NCBI GenBank assembly: GCA_963734795.1
Contig: CAVTIW010000001.1
Coordinates: forward strand, 281,863-345,862
Direction of reading: 5' to 3'
Origin: an uncultured Alphaproteobacteria bacterium
Lineage (GTDB): Bacteria > Pseudomonadota > Alphaproteobacteria > Rhizobiales > Xanthobacteraceae
DNA length: 64,000 nucleotides
Under the pieces are notes generated by a model. That model was not told the DNA's origin. It made no database searches and saw only the letters and a program-made list of their open reading frames with translations. How positions within the stretch are numbered: position 1 is the stretch's first letter; the number at the start of each line of letters is the position of its first letter. The position numbers were made by a program, and so were the translations under genes. This document shows positions 52,563-62,131 of the stretch, one piece after another.

Positions 52563-54743
52563 ATGAACCATATGCCCACACTCAACCGCCGCGCCTTCGT
52601 CATCGGCACCGCGGCGGTCGGCACCGGCCTCGTGCTCGGCCTCGATATTCCGTTCGGCGGTCCCGAAATCGCGCGCGCCGCCGACGGCTCGCCCGAGGTC
52701 AATGCCTGGGTGGTGATCCAGCCCGACGACACCGTCGTGATTCGCATCGCGCGGTCGGAAATGGGCCAGGGCACGCTGACCGGCCTCGCCCAACTGGTCG
52801 CCGAAGAACTCGAATGCGACTGGTCGAAGGTCACCACCGAATATCCGACACCGGGCCAGAGCGTCGCCCGCAAACGCGCCTGGGGCGATTTTTCCACCGG
52901 CGGCAGCCGCGGCATCCGGAGTTCGCAGGAATATGTCCGCAAGGGCGGCGCCACCGCGCGCATCATGCTGATCCAGGCCGCGGCCAACGAATGGAAGGTG
53001 CCGACTTCTGAATGCAGCGCCGCCAACAGCGTCATCACCCACGCGCCGTCGGGCCGCACGACAACCTACGGCAAGGTGGCCGAAGCCGCCGCCAGGGTCG
53101 AGCCGCCGACCGACGTCAAGCTGAAGGATCCGAAGGACTGGAAGATCGCCGGCAAGGGCCTGAAGCGGCTCGATACCGCCGATAAGACCACCGGCAAGAT
53201 GATCTACGGCATCGATCTCAAGCTGCCGGGGATGCTCAATGCCGCGGTCAAGGCCTGCCCGGTGTTCGGCGGCAAGCTGAAAAGCTACGACGAAGCCAAA
53301 GTCATGGGCATGAAGGGCGTCAAGAAAGTCGTGAAGGTCAACGACTACACCGTCGCCGTGGTGGCCGACACCTGGTGGCATGCCAAGACCGCGCTAGAGG
53401 CGTTGCCGGTGGTGTGGGACGAAGGCGACAACGCCAAGGTCTCGAGCGCATCAATCGCCAAATGGCTGGATGAAGGCCTCGACAACGCCCAGCCGGCCTT
53501 TGTCGGCAACCAGAACGGCGACGCCAAGGCTGCGGTGGCCAGCGCCGCCAAGAAAGTCGAGGCGGTGTACAATTATCCCTACCAGAACCACGCCGCGATG
53601 GAGCCGCTGAACGCCACGGCACTTTATACCGCGGATAAATGCGAAGTCTGGTGCGGGACGCAAAACGGCGAAGCCGCTTATGCCGCGACGCTGGAAGTGT
53701 CGGGCCTGCCCGCCGACAAATGCGACGTGCACAAGATCATGCTCGGCGGCGGTTTCGGCCGCCGCGGCCAGACCGACTATGTGCGCCAGGCGGTTGCGAT
53801 CGCCAAGCAAATGCCGGGCATCCCGATCAAGCTGTTGTGGTCGCGCGAAGAAGACATGCAGCACGGCACCTACCATCCGATCACGCATTGCAAGATGACC
53901 GGGGCCTTCGATGCCGACAACAATCTGACCGCGCTGCAGTTGCGGCTGTCGGGACAGTCGATCCTGTTCAGCCTGCGTCCCGACGCATTGGTCAACGGCA
54001 TGGATCCGGCGGCATTCCAGGGCCTCGCCGCGAGCGGCGAAGCCGCGATCGGATATTCGGTTCCCAATCTTCTGGTCGAGCATGCGATGCGCAATCCGCA
54101 CGTCCCGCCGGGTTTCTGGCGCGGCGTCAACGTCAACCACAACGCGATCTACCTCGAATGCTTCATGGATGAACTGGCGCATTCGGTGGGCCAGGACCCG
54201 GTCGCGTTCCGGCGCAAGCTGATGACCACGCATCCGAAGAACCTTGCCGTCCTCAATGCCGTTGTCGAAAAGATCGGCTGGGACACACCGGCGCCGCAAG
54301 GTGTCTATCGCGGCATCGCCCAGCACATGGGCTATGGCAGTTACGTCGCGGGGGCGGCCGAAATCTCGGTGACCGAGGGCAACAAGATCAAGGTGCTTCG
54401 CATCGTTGCCGCCACCGATCCGGGCTACGCCGTCAATCCGGCGCAGATCGAACGACAGATCGCCGGCTCGTTCGTGTTCGGCCTGTCGGGGTTGTTCTAT
54501 GGCGGCTGCACCGTCAAGGACGGCCGCATCGAGCAGTCGAACTTCGACACCTACAATTCGATGCGGATCAACGAAATGCCGAAGGTGGAATCGATCGTGA
54601 TGCCGAGCGGCGGCTTCTGGGGCGGCGTCGGCGAGCCGACGATCTGCGTCGCGGCGCCCGCCGTGCTCAATGCCTATTTCGCGGCGACCGGCAAACGCAT
54701 CCGCTCGGTGCCGCTGAGGGATCAAAACATTACCTTCGCCTGA
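52563..54743 (+). CDS. Molybdopterin-binding subunit, isoquinoline 1-oxidoreductase beta (IorB)-like, Tat signal
   Basis: LNRRAFV; RSEMGQG, TGGSRGI, LGGGFGRR, GFWRGV, GGVGEP. Confidence 0.93.
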   Translation: MNHMPTLNRRAFVIGTAAVGTGLVLGLDIPFGGPEIARAADGSPEVNAWVVIQPDDTVVIRIARSEMGQGTLTGLAQLVAEELECDWSKVTTEYPTPGQSVARKRAWGDFSTGGSRGIRSSQEYVRKGGATARIMLIQAAANEWKVPTSECSAANSVITHAPSGRTTTYGKVAEAAARVEPPTDVKLKDPKDWKIAGKGLKRLDTADKTTGKMIYGIDLKLPGMLNAAVKACPVFGGKLKSYDEAKVMGMKGVKKVVKVNDYTVAVVADTWWHAKTALEALPVVWDEGDNAKVSSASIAKWLDEGLDNAQPAFVGNQNGDAKAAVASAAKKVEAVYNYPYQNHAAMEPLNATALYTADKCEVWCGTQNGEAAYAATLEVSGLPADKCDVHKIMLGGGFGRRGQTDYVRQAVAIAKQMPGIPIKLLWSREEDMQHGTYHPITHCKMTGAFDADNNLTALQLRLSGQSILFSLRPDALVNGMDPAAFQGLAASGEAAIGYSVPNLLVEHAMRNPHVPPGFWRGVNVNHNAIYLECFMDELAHSVGQDPVAFRRKLMTTHPKNLAVLNAVVEKIGWDTPAPQGVYRGIAQHMGYGSYVAGAAEISVTEGNKIKVLRIVAATDPGYAVNPAQIERQIAGSFVFGLSGLFYGGCTVKDGRIEQSNFDTYNSMRINEMPKVESIVMPSGGFWGGVGEPTICVAAPAVLNAYFAATGKRIRSVPLRDQNITFA

Positions 54744-54798
54744 ACCCAACAGAGCGGCGGCCTCAATGGCCGCCGCTCGTTACCGGGAACATTTGCAT

Positions 54799-56076
54799 AT
54801 GGACGCGCTGCGCCAGATGACGCGGAGAAACGTCGTTGGTAGCATCGCGGCGTCGGCCGCCGCATGGGCTCTCCCCGCTCCTTCCCACGCCCAATCCGCG
54901 GCGCGCATCGTGGTGATCGGCGGCGGTTTTGGCGGCGCCAGCTGTGCGCGGGCGCTGAAACGGATCGATCCGAAACTGCAGGTGACGCTGATCGAACCGA
55001 ACCGCATTTTCACCGCCTGCCCGTTCAGCAACGAGGTAATCGCCGGACTGCGCGAGCTGGCGGCGCAGCAATTCAGCTATGACAGGATTGCCGCCGAAGG
55101 CGTGACCGTCATTGCGCAGGCCGCGATAAAAGTCGATCCGCAGGCACGCGTGGTCGGTCTCGCCGACGGCACCACATTCGGCTATGACCGCCTGGTGCTG
55201 GCGCCCGGCATTGATCTCAGGTTCGACGCGCTGCCCGGCTATGACGAGGCCGCCGCTGCAAGAATGCCGCACGCCTGGAAGGCGGGCGAGCAGACCATGC
55301 TGTTGCGCCGGCAGCTCGAAGCCATGGACGATGGCGGTCTGGTTGCGCTGGCGGTGCCAGCCAGCCCTTCGCGATGTCCGCCGGCGCCGTATGAACGCGC
55401 CAGCCTGATCGCCCATTATCTGAAAGCGCGAAAGCCGCGCTGCAAGATCATCATTCTCGATGCCAAGGATGCCTTTCCGCAGCAGCGCCTGTTCGAGAAT
55501 GCCTGGAAGGAATTGTATCCCGGCATGATCGAGCGGGTGTCGCTGTCGCAAGGCGGCCGGGTGGTAGCGGTCGATCCCGCCACCAACACCATCGTCACCG
55601 ATTTCGGCAATTACACTGCACAGGTCGCCAACGTGATACCGCCGCAGCAGGCCGGCCGCATCGCCGGCATCGCGGGCGCGGCCGACCACACCGGCTGGTG
55701 CCCGATCGATCCGGTGACGTTTGCCTCGAAACTGGTGCCTGACATCCACGTCATCGGCGACGCCTGCATCGGCGGCGGCATTCCCAAATCCGCCTCCGCC
55801 GCCAACGCCGAGGCCAAAGCCTGCGCTGGCGCGGTGGCGAACCTGCTTGCCGGCAAGGCCCCGGACATACCTAAGCTGGTCGGCGCCTGCTACAACACCG
55901 TGGCGCCCGGCTATTCGTTCTCGCTGTCCGGCATCTATCAGCCGAAGGACGGCATGTTCGCCGAAATTGACGGCGTCACCACCAGCCCGGTCGATGCGCC
56001 GCGCGAGGCTCGCGCGCGGGAAGCGGAAGTGGCGCAGTCCTGGTACAAGACCATCACGGTGGACGCTTTTGGCTAG
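54799..56076 (+). CDS. soxF: Flavocytochrome c sulfide dehydrogenase flavoprotein (FccB/SoxF-like)
   Basis: Tat MTRRNVV; VVIGGGFGG, CPFSN, PHAWKAG, RCPPAPYERASL, VIPPQ.AG, IGDA, PKSA..AN, ACY. Confidence 0.9.
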   Translation: MDALRQMTRRNVVGSIAASAAAWALPAPSHAQSAARIVVIGGGFGGASCARALKRIDPKLQVTLIEPNRIFTACPFSNEVIAGLRELAAQQFSYDRIAAEGVTVIAQAAIKVDPQARVVGLADGTTFGYDRLVLAPGIDLRFDALPGYDEAAAARMPHAWKAGEQTMLLRRQLEAMDDGGLVALAVPASPSRCPPAPYERASLIAHYLKARKPRCKIIILDAKDAFPQQRLFENAWKELYPGMIERVSLSQGGRVVAVDPATNTIVTDFGNYTAQVANVIPPQQAGRIAGIAGAADHTGWCPIDPVTFASKLVPDIHVIGDACIGGGIPKSASAANAEAKACAGAVANLLAGKAPDIPKLVGACYNTVAPGYSFSLSGIYQPKDGMFAEIDGVTTSPVDAPREARAREAEVAQSWYKTITVDAFG

Positions 56077-56524
56077 GCCGGCCATCCATATCACCGGCGT
56101 GTGGCTCGCGGCGGCGTTGGCGCTGTCCTGTGCCGCAAGCGCACAGGAATTGCAGTCCTATGTCGTCACCGCCGATGCCATTCCGGCGTCGCTGACCGGC
56201 ACGCCCGGCGATGCGGCGCGCGGACGGGCGTTGGTGCTGGATCGCGCCAGCACCTGTATCCTCTGTCACAGCGGACCGTTTCCGGAAGCTAAATTCCAGG
56301 GCGATCTCGCCCCCAGCCTCGCCGGCGCCGGCAGCCGCTGGACCGAGGGCCAGCTTCGGCTTCGGCTGGTCGATGCCTCCCGCCTCAATCCCGCAACGAT
56401 CATGCCGTCCTACTACCGCGTCGACGGGCTCGATCGCGTCGGTCCGGCATGGCGCGGCAAGCCGATCCTGTCGGCCGGGCAGATCGAGGATATCGTGGCG
56501 TATCTCGCAACGCTGCGCGACTAG
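56069..56524 (+). CDS. soxX: SoxX-like monoheme cytochrome c (start TTG 56069 or GTG 56099)
   Basis: GDAARGRAL, CILCH, GDLAPSL, NPATIMPSY, IEDIVAYL. Confidence 0.88.
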   Translation: MARPAIHITGVWLAAALALSCAASAQELQSYVVTADAIPASLTGTPGDAARGRALVLDRASTCILCHSGPFPEAKFQGDLAPSLAGAGSRWTEGQLRLRLVDASRLNPATIMPSYYRVDGLDRVGPAWRGKPILSAGQIEDIVAYLATLRD

Positions 56525-56535
56525 GAAAGCATACG

Positions 56536-57015
56536 ATGCGCAAGCCCGACCATTCCAGCCGCCGCCAGTTCCTCGGCCTCGCCGGCGGCGCGGCCGCGCT
56601 CGGCGCCGTTCCGATCGTGATCGTACGGCCTGCCGAAGCGACACCCGAGATGCTGGCGACTGCGATCCGCAACGTGGTCGGTGCGGCCGTGGTGCGAACC
56701 GGCAAGGTCAAGCTCGACGTGCCGCCGCTGGTCGAAAACGGCAACACCGTGCCGATGACCGTCAGCGTCTCGAGCCCGATGACTCCGGACGATTACGTCA
56801 AGAGCATCCACGTTTTCAACGAGAAGAACCCGCAGCCGAATATCGGCAATTTCTATCTCGGCCCGCGCGCCGGCCGGGCTCAGGTTTCGGCCCGGATTCG
56901 CCTCGCCGACAGCCAGAAGATCGTCGCCATCGCGCGGCTGTCGGACGATACGTTCTGGTCGGCCAGCGTCGACGTCGTGGTGACGCTGGCGGCCTGCACC
57001 GAGGAGGTGATCTGA
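56536..57015 (+). CDS. soxY: SoxY-related carrier protein with variant C-terminal arm (VTLAACTEEVI)
   Basis: Tat SRRQFL; PPLVENGNTVP, EKNPQP, RIRLADSQ; lacks the canonical GGCGG-COOH. Confidence 0.85.
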   Translation: MRKPDHSSRRQFLGLAGGAAALGAVPIVIVRPAEATPEMLATAIRNVVGAAVVRTGKVKLDVPPLVENGNTVPMTVSVSSPMTPDDYVKSIHVFNEKNPQPNIGNFYLGPRAGRAQVSARIRLADSQKIVAIARLSDDTFWSASVDVVVTLAACTEEVI

Positions 57016-57335
57016 TGCCGTCCGCCCTGATCAACGTGCCAGCCAAGGCCAGGCGCGGCGAGATCATCGAGATCAAGACGCTGATGTCGCACATCATGGA
57101 GACCGGCTATCGCCGCACCGCGTCAGGCGAACTGATTCCACGCAACATCATCACCAGCTTTGCCTGCCGCTACAACGGCATCGAGATTTTCCGCGCCGAT
57201 CTGTATCCGGCGATCGCGGCCAACCCCTTCATCAGCTTTTTCACGATCGCGACCGAGAGCGGCAAATTCGACTTCGAATGGATCGGCGACCAGGGTTTTG
57301 GCGAAACCGCCTCGGCCGCCATTTCCGTCGAATGA
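57015..57335 (+). CDS. soxZ: SoxZ
   Basis: IKTLMSHIMETGYRR..GELIP, AIAANPFISF, FEWIGD. Confidence 0.9.
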   Translation: MPSALINVPAKARRGEIIEIKTLMSHIMETGYRRTASGELIPRNIITSFACRYNGIEIFRADLYPAIAANPFISFFTIATESGKFDFEWIGDQGFGETASAAISVE

Positions 57336-58123
57336 GATCTGCCGGGACGATAGTGGTCGCGGCGCTGTTGATCGCGGCGGGGATCGCCGCCTCGCCTCTG
57401 TCATCGACCGAAATTCCGCCGGCCGAGCGCCGGTCCGGCTCCAGCTTCATGGCGCCGGACACAAAGGCGATCCAGAACGACGATACCGCCAATCCCGGCA
57501 TGCTGTGGGTGCTCGACGGCGAAGCGTTGTGGAACAGTAACGCCAACGCGGCGGGCAAAGCCTGCGCCGATTGCCACCATGACGTCAGCGCCAGCATGAA
57601 GGGCGTGGCGGCGCGCTATCCCGCCTTCGACCAGGCGCTCGGACGCCCGGTCGATCTGGAGCAGCGCATCAATCTGTGCCGCGCCCGGCATCAGCAGGCC
57701 ACGCCATTCGCCGACGAAAGCCACGACCTTCTGGCGCTGACCGCATTGGTCGCGCGGCAGTCGCGCGGCATCGCGATCCAAACCGGCGCCGACCCGCAAC
57801 TCGAACCGTTCGTGGCCAAGGGGCACGCGTTGTTCATACAGCGGCAGGGCCAGCTCAATCTCGGCTGCAGCAGTTGCCACGATGACAATTGGGACAAGCA
57901 CCTTGCAGGCTCTGCGATCACGCAAGCGCAGCCGACCGGCTATCCGCTTTACCGGCTGGAGTGGCAATCGCTCGGCTCGCTGCAGCGCCGGCTGCGCAAT
58001 TGCATGATCGGCACCCGCGCCCAGCCTTACGACTACGGCGCGCCGGAACTGGTCGAGCTCGAGCTTTATCTGATGTCGCGCGCGCGGGGCATGCCGATCG
58101 AAACGCCGGCGGTGCGGCCGTGA
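57332..58123 (+). CDS. soxA: SoxA-like diheme cytochrome c
   Basis: NPGMLWV..GE.LW, CADCH, ARYP, LEQRINLCR, RQGQLNLGCSSCH, YPLYRLEWQ, RRLRNC. Confidence 0.92.
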   Translation: MRSAGTIVVAALLIAAGIAASPLSSTEIPPAERRSGSSFMAPDTKAIQNDDTANPGMLWVLDGEALWNSNANAAGKACADCHHDVSASMKGVAARYPAFDQALGRPVDLEQRINLCRARHQQATPFADESHDLLALTALVARQSRGIAIQTGADPQLEPFVAKGHALFIQRQGQLNLGCSSCHDDNWDKHLAGSAITQAQPTGYPLYRLEWQSLGSLQRRLRNCMIGTRAQPYDYGAPELVELELYLMSRARGMPIETPAVRP

Positions 58124-58158
58124 CGGAAACAAGCCTGCCAGCGTACCGGCAGGCTCAT

Positions 58159-58617
58159 TCAGCGCGGCACCACCGCGGTGGCTTCGATCTCGACGCGGGC
58201 CGCCTCTTCAACCAGACGCACCACCTGGACCAGCGCCATGGCAGGATAATGCGCGCCGAAGATGTCGCGATAGACCTGCCCGAGCATCTTCAGGTTCCCC
58301 AGATACTCTTCGATATCGACGACGTACCAGGTGAGGCGCACCAGATGTTCGGGCCGCGCGCCGCCCTCCGCCAGAATGGCCGAAATATTGCTCAGGGTCT
58401 GGCGGACCTGCGCGACAAAGTCGGCTGCCAAATGGCCTTGCGTATTCCAGCCGATCACGCCGCCGGTCACCACCAGCCGACCATCGGCCGCCATGCCGTT
58501 GGCGTATCCCTTCGGTGCCGGCCAGCCGCTCGGTTGCAGGATTTGCGGACCCGCGACCGAAGTCTCGTCCTTTGCAACCGGCAGCACGGCAAGCGTGGGC
58601 CCTTTTGGCATGCTCAC
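58159..58617 (-). CDS. RidA/YjgF family protein
   Basis: PSGWPAPKGYANG, HYPAM.LVQV..LVE..A.VEIEA. Confidence 0.9.
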   Translation of the reverse strand: MSMPKGPTLAVLPVAKDETSVAGPQILQPSGWPAPKGYANGMAADGRLVVTGGVIGWNTQGHLAADFVAQVRQTLSNISAILAEGGARPEHLVRLTWYVVDIEEYLGNLKMLGQVYRDIFGAHYPAMALVQVVRLVEEAARVEIEATAVVPR

Positions 58618-58645
58618 GGATCGATCTCCCTCAGCTCAGATGCAT

Positions 58646-60325
58646 TCATTCCGCGGCCAGGCCGGCCGACGAGGCCGCGCCGGCCGCAGCGATCTGCCGC
58701 AAGGCAAATCGCTTCAGTTTGCCGGTTTCGGTCTTTGGCAGTTGCGCAACGAATTCGATCGCACGCGGATATTTATAAGGCGCGATCTCGCGCTTGACGT
58801 GGTCCTGCAAGTCCGTCGTCAGCGCGGCATCGGCGGTGATGTCGGGCATCAGAACCACATAGGCCTTGACGATCATGCCGCGCGCGTCGTCGGGGGCGCC
58901 GACCACGCCGCATTCGGCCACTGCCGGATGGGTCAGCAGGGCGGCTTCGACATCGGGGCCGGCGATGTTGTAGCCCGCGGAAACGATCATGTCGTCGGAT
59001 CGCGACTGGTACCAGAAGTAGCCGTCGCTATCCATCACATAGGTGTCGCCGGTGACGTTCCACCCGTGCTGGACGTATTTGCGTTGCCGGTCGTCGGCGA
59101 GGTAGCGGCAGCCGGTCGGGCCGCGCACCGCCAGCCGTCCCATCGTACCAGCCGGCAGATCGTTGCCGTCGTCGTCGACGATCTTGGCTTCGTAACCCGG
59201 CACCGGCTTGCCGGTGGCGCCCGGGCGGATTTCATCCTCGATGGCGCTGATGAAAATATGCAGCATCTCGGTGGCGCCGATGCCGTCCATCAGCTTGATG
59301 CCGGTCGCCTTCAGCCAGGCGTCGAAGGTGCCCTTCGGCAAGGTCTCGCCGGCGGAAACGCATTTGCGCAAGCTCGAAATGTCGTGCTTGGCGAGCTTGC
59401 CGAGCATGGCGCGATACGAGGTCGGCGCGGTGAAACAGACCGTCGCCTTGTAGCGCTCGATCGCCACCGGCAAATCATCCGGTCCGGCCTTTTCCAGCAC
59501 CACGAACGACGCACCGATATGCATCGGAAACAGCACGCCGCCGAAGCCGAAGGTAAACGCCAGCGGCGCCGAGCCGATGAAGCGATCCTGCGGGCTCGCC
59601 CGCAGCACGTTGCGCGCATAGCCGTCGCAGACCGCGAGCATGTCGCGGTGAAAATGCATGGTTCCCTTGGGCTCGCCGGTCGTCCCCGAGGTGAACGCGA
59701 TCAGGCAGATGTCGTCCGAAGCGGTATCGACCGCCTGAAATTCCGGGCTGGCGTCCGCGATCAGCTGTTCGAGCGAGCCGGGTTCATTGGAGCCCCAGTA
59801 GACGATACGCTTGAGTCTGGGCGCGATGCTTTTCGCCTTTTCCATTTCGTCGGCGAGCTTGCCGTCGCACAGCGCCAGCGCGACCTCCGCCTTCTGGATC
59901 GGATAGGCCAGTTCCTTGGCGCGCAGCAACGGCATGGTCGCAACCACGATGCCGCCCGCTTTCAGCACCGCAAGATAGGTCGCCACCATCATCGGATTGT
60001 TGGCCGATCGCAGCAGCACCCGGCCACCGGTCACCAGACCCAGCTTGCCGACCAGCACATTGGCGATGCGGTTCACCAGTCGCTGCAGTTCGCGATAGCT
60101 GTAACTGACCTCGGGGCTGAAAATGCAGGGCTCGTCGCCACGGCCTTCATCGACCCAGCGGTCGAGAAAGTTCACGACGCAATTCAGCCGGTCCGGATAC
60201 TGCAGTTCAGGCCGCGTGAAGATGAATTCCGGCCAGAGATCGGGCGGCGGCAGATGATCCCGGGCGAAGCTATCGACGTGGGCGGAATGGGTCTCGGCGA
60301 TGTGAGCTTTGGCGGCGTTGGCCAT
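58646..60325 (-). CDS. Benzoate-CoA ligase family protein, 2-aminobenzoate-CoA ligase-like
   Basis: SAHVDSFARDHLPP, FTSGTTGEPKGTMHFHRD, DGIGATEMLHIFIS, APYKYPR, TETGK. Confidence 0.88.
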   Translation of the reverse strand: MANAAKAHIAETHSAHVDSFARDHLPPPDLWPEFIFTRPELQYPDRLNCVVNFLDRWVDEGRGDEPCIFSPEVSYSYRELQRLVNRIANVLVGKLGLVTGGRVLLRSANNPMMVATYLAVLKAGGIVVATMPLLRAKELAYPIQKAEVALALCDGKLADEMEKAKSIAPRLKRIVYWGSNEPGSLEQLIADASPEFQAVDTASDDICLIAFTSGTTGEPKGTMHFHRDMLAVCDGYARNVLRASPQDRFIGSAPLAFTFGFGGVLFPMHIGASFVVLEKAGPDDLPVAIERYKATVCFTAPTSYRAMLGKLAKHDISSLRKCVSAGETLPKGTFDAWLKATGIKLMDGIGATEMLHIFISAIEDEIRPGATGKPVPGYEAKIVDDDGNDLPAGTMGRLAVRGPTGCRYLADDRQRKYVQHGWNVTGDTYVMDSDGYFWYQSRSDDMIVSAGYNIAGPDVEAALLTHPAVAECGVVGAPDDARGMIVKAYVVLMPDITADAALTTDLQDHVKREIAPYKYPRAIEFVAQLPKTETGKLKRFALRQIAAAGAASSAGLAAE

Positions 60326-60376
60326 GGCACGCTCCTTCATCCTCGTATCACGCCCGGCAGGCTATCTGAATATCAT

Positions 60377-60391
60377 TTTAGGCTTAAAGCA
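60377..60391. promoter_or_regulatory. Candidate MarR operator, copy 1
   Basis: TTTAGGCTTAAAGCA; near-identical copy at 61940. Confidence 0.5.
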
Positions 60392-60452
60392 TATTTGCGC
60401 AAGTGTCGAATTCGAGCGGTCCCATGATTTTTGAAATCGGAGTCACGCGCGC

Positions 60453-61268
60453 TCAGCGGCTCGCCAGTTGCTTCAGGCGCAACACCATCGGCGAGTTCGG
60501 ATCGGCCAGCGGGGCGATCGCCGTAAAATGGTTGGCGCCGGCGACCGTGCCGAAGCTTGTGGCAAGACCGGCCGCGGCCCAGCGCTCAACGAGCGTCCTG
60601 CTTTGCCTGAAATATTCCGCGCTTTCGTTCCCGCCGACCACCGCATCGAGGCTGCCGCGCCGCGGCGCGGTCCAGAACAACGGGCTCGCGGCCCTGGCCG
60701 AGAGCTGGTCGAGATGCATGGCCTTGTTGATGGAGGTTTCGAGCAGCGGCGAAAGATCGAACAGGCCCGAAATGGTGTAGGCCGCGATCACCAGGTTTTC
60801 AGGCAACGCCGCATCGAACGCAGGCCAGTCGGTCGCCAGCATGCAGGCCGCGAGATGGCCGCCCGCGGAATGGCCGCTCATCACCAGCGGCCGGCCAAGC
60901 CGCGCCAGCTCCCGCGACGCCATTCGCATCTGCGTGATAATCTGGTCAATAGTGACAGCGGGACAGAGGTCATAGCTGGGAATGGCGACGCCGATCCCAT
61001 GGGCATTCAGCCCTGCGGCGAGGTGGCTGAAGAAAGAACCGTCCAGCGCCTGCCAGTAGCCGCCGTGAATGAAAACCACAATCGGACCGGGATCATCGCC
61101 CGGAAAGAAATCAATGCTGTTGCGCGCGCCGGGACCGTAGGCAATGGAGCGCGGGACGTGCCGCTCGCGATAGGCCGCGGCGTCCCTTGCCCAACCGGCG
61201 ATCAGCGAAGGGTTTTCCGGTACCCGCGCCCGGTTATTGTATTCGACCTCGTAGTCCACGCCGTTCAA
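60453..61268 (-). CDS. Alpha/beta hydrolase (arylformamidase / kynurenine formamidase-like)
   Basis: YNNRARVP, FIHGGYWQ, GHSAGGHL, SGLFDL, NHF. Confidence 0.88.
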   Translation of the reverse strand: MNGVDYEVEYNNRARVPENPSLIAGWARDAAAYRERHVPRSIAYGPGARNSIDFFPGDDPGPIVVFIHGGYWQALDGSFFSHLAAGLNAHGIGVAIPSYDLCPAVTIDQIITQMRMASRELARLGRPLVMSGHSAGGHLAACMLATDWPAFDAALPENLVIAAYTISGLFDLSPLLETSINKAMHLDQLSARAASPLFWTAPRRGSLDAVVGGNESAEYFRQSRTLVERWAAAGLATSFGTVAGANHFTAIAPLADPNSPMVLRLKQLASR

Positions 61269-61271
61269 GAT

Positions 61272-61766
61272 TTACAATGCTCGTTGTTGTGCCGACTTCC
61301 GCGCCGAGGCCTTGGTCTTGGCCAGCAGGCGCATCAACTCGCGGACGTCCTTTTCGCCAAGATCCGAAAATATGCCGGCGATCCACGTCTCGTGTTCCGC
61401 CGCCATCTTGCGGAATTCGGCACGGCCGGCTTTCGTCAGCCGTATCACCTGCACGCGCCGGTCGGACTCCGAGGTGCGGCGATCGAGATGCCCGGATTCG
61501 ACCAGCCGCTCGACCAGCCCGGTCACATTGCCGTTGGAGACCATCATCCGCTTCGAGACGTCCGACAGCGTCATGCCGTCCGGGACCTTGTCGAGCTGCG
61601 CCATCAGATCGAAGCGCGGCAGCGTGACGTCGAACCGCTCACGCAGCCGGCTGCGCACCTCGCCCTCGATCAAGGTGGTGCAGGTCAGCAGGCGGAGCCA
61701 TAACCGGAGTTCGTCGCCGTGATCTTCCGGGAGTTCGACGGCCTTGGTCTCGGAATCAAGGATCAT
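61272..61766 (-). CDS. MarR family transcriptional regulator
   Basis: LRLWLRLL, TLPRFDLMAQL, MVSNGNVTGLVERL, DRR...LT..G. Confidence 0.93.
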   Translation of the reverse strand: MILDSETKAVELPEDHGDELRLWLRLLTCTTLIEGEVRSRLRERFDVTLPRFDLMAQLDKVPDGMTLSDVSKRMMVSNGNVTGLVERLVESGHLDRRTSESDRRVQVIRLTKAGRAEFRKMAAEHETWIAGIFSDLGEKDVRELMRLLAKTKASARKSAQQRAL

Positions 61767-61939
61767 GATGCCATCATATCTGCTTGGAGCTTCCACGGCA
61801 GCACGGACACCGGCTTCGCCGCGCGTCCGCCGGGCTTGGTCCGGTCAGCTTGACCTTCAAATAATTCAGCGGGTGCTGCAAGTCAAAACGCGAAGTCAAA
61901 ACGCGGTGGCCGACAGGATGTGCCGTTTTTGCGAATTTC

Positions 61940-61954
61940 TTTAGGCTTCAAGCA
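61940..61954. promoter_or_regulatory. Candidate MarR operator, copy 2
   Basis: TTTAGGCTTCAAGCA in the marR/SBP divergent region. Confidence 0.5.
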
Positions 61955-62131
61955 ATTGGCGCGAGGCTTGCATGCAGCCTCGGATGACGTAGTCCGGCAC
62001 GTGACTGCGGCGACCTCGACTTGCTGCCGCTTTGCTTGCAGCGATGGCCGTCATCGAGAATAAGCTGACGGTCTGGATCTGGGTCGGCGCGGATTTCGGC
62101 TGCACGCAGCAGCCGATCAGGGGGAGAAGTC

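Noticed and set aside
54799-58123. Complete thiosulfate-oxidising Sox pathway
   Set aside because: No soxB, soxC or soxD in the window, and SoxY lacks GGCGG.
58331-60427. Long antisense ORFs (also 32508..34199, 36578..38200, 44512..45876, 53451..54749, 62117..63334)
   Set aside because: Shadows of real genes on the opposite strand, typical of high-GC codon bias; no recognisable motifs.
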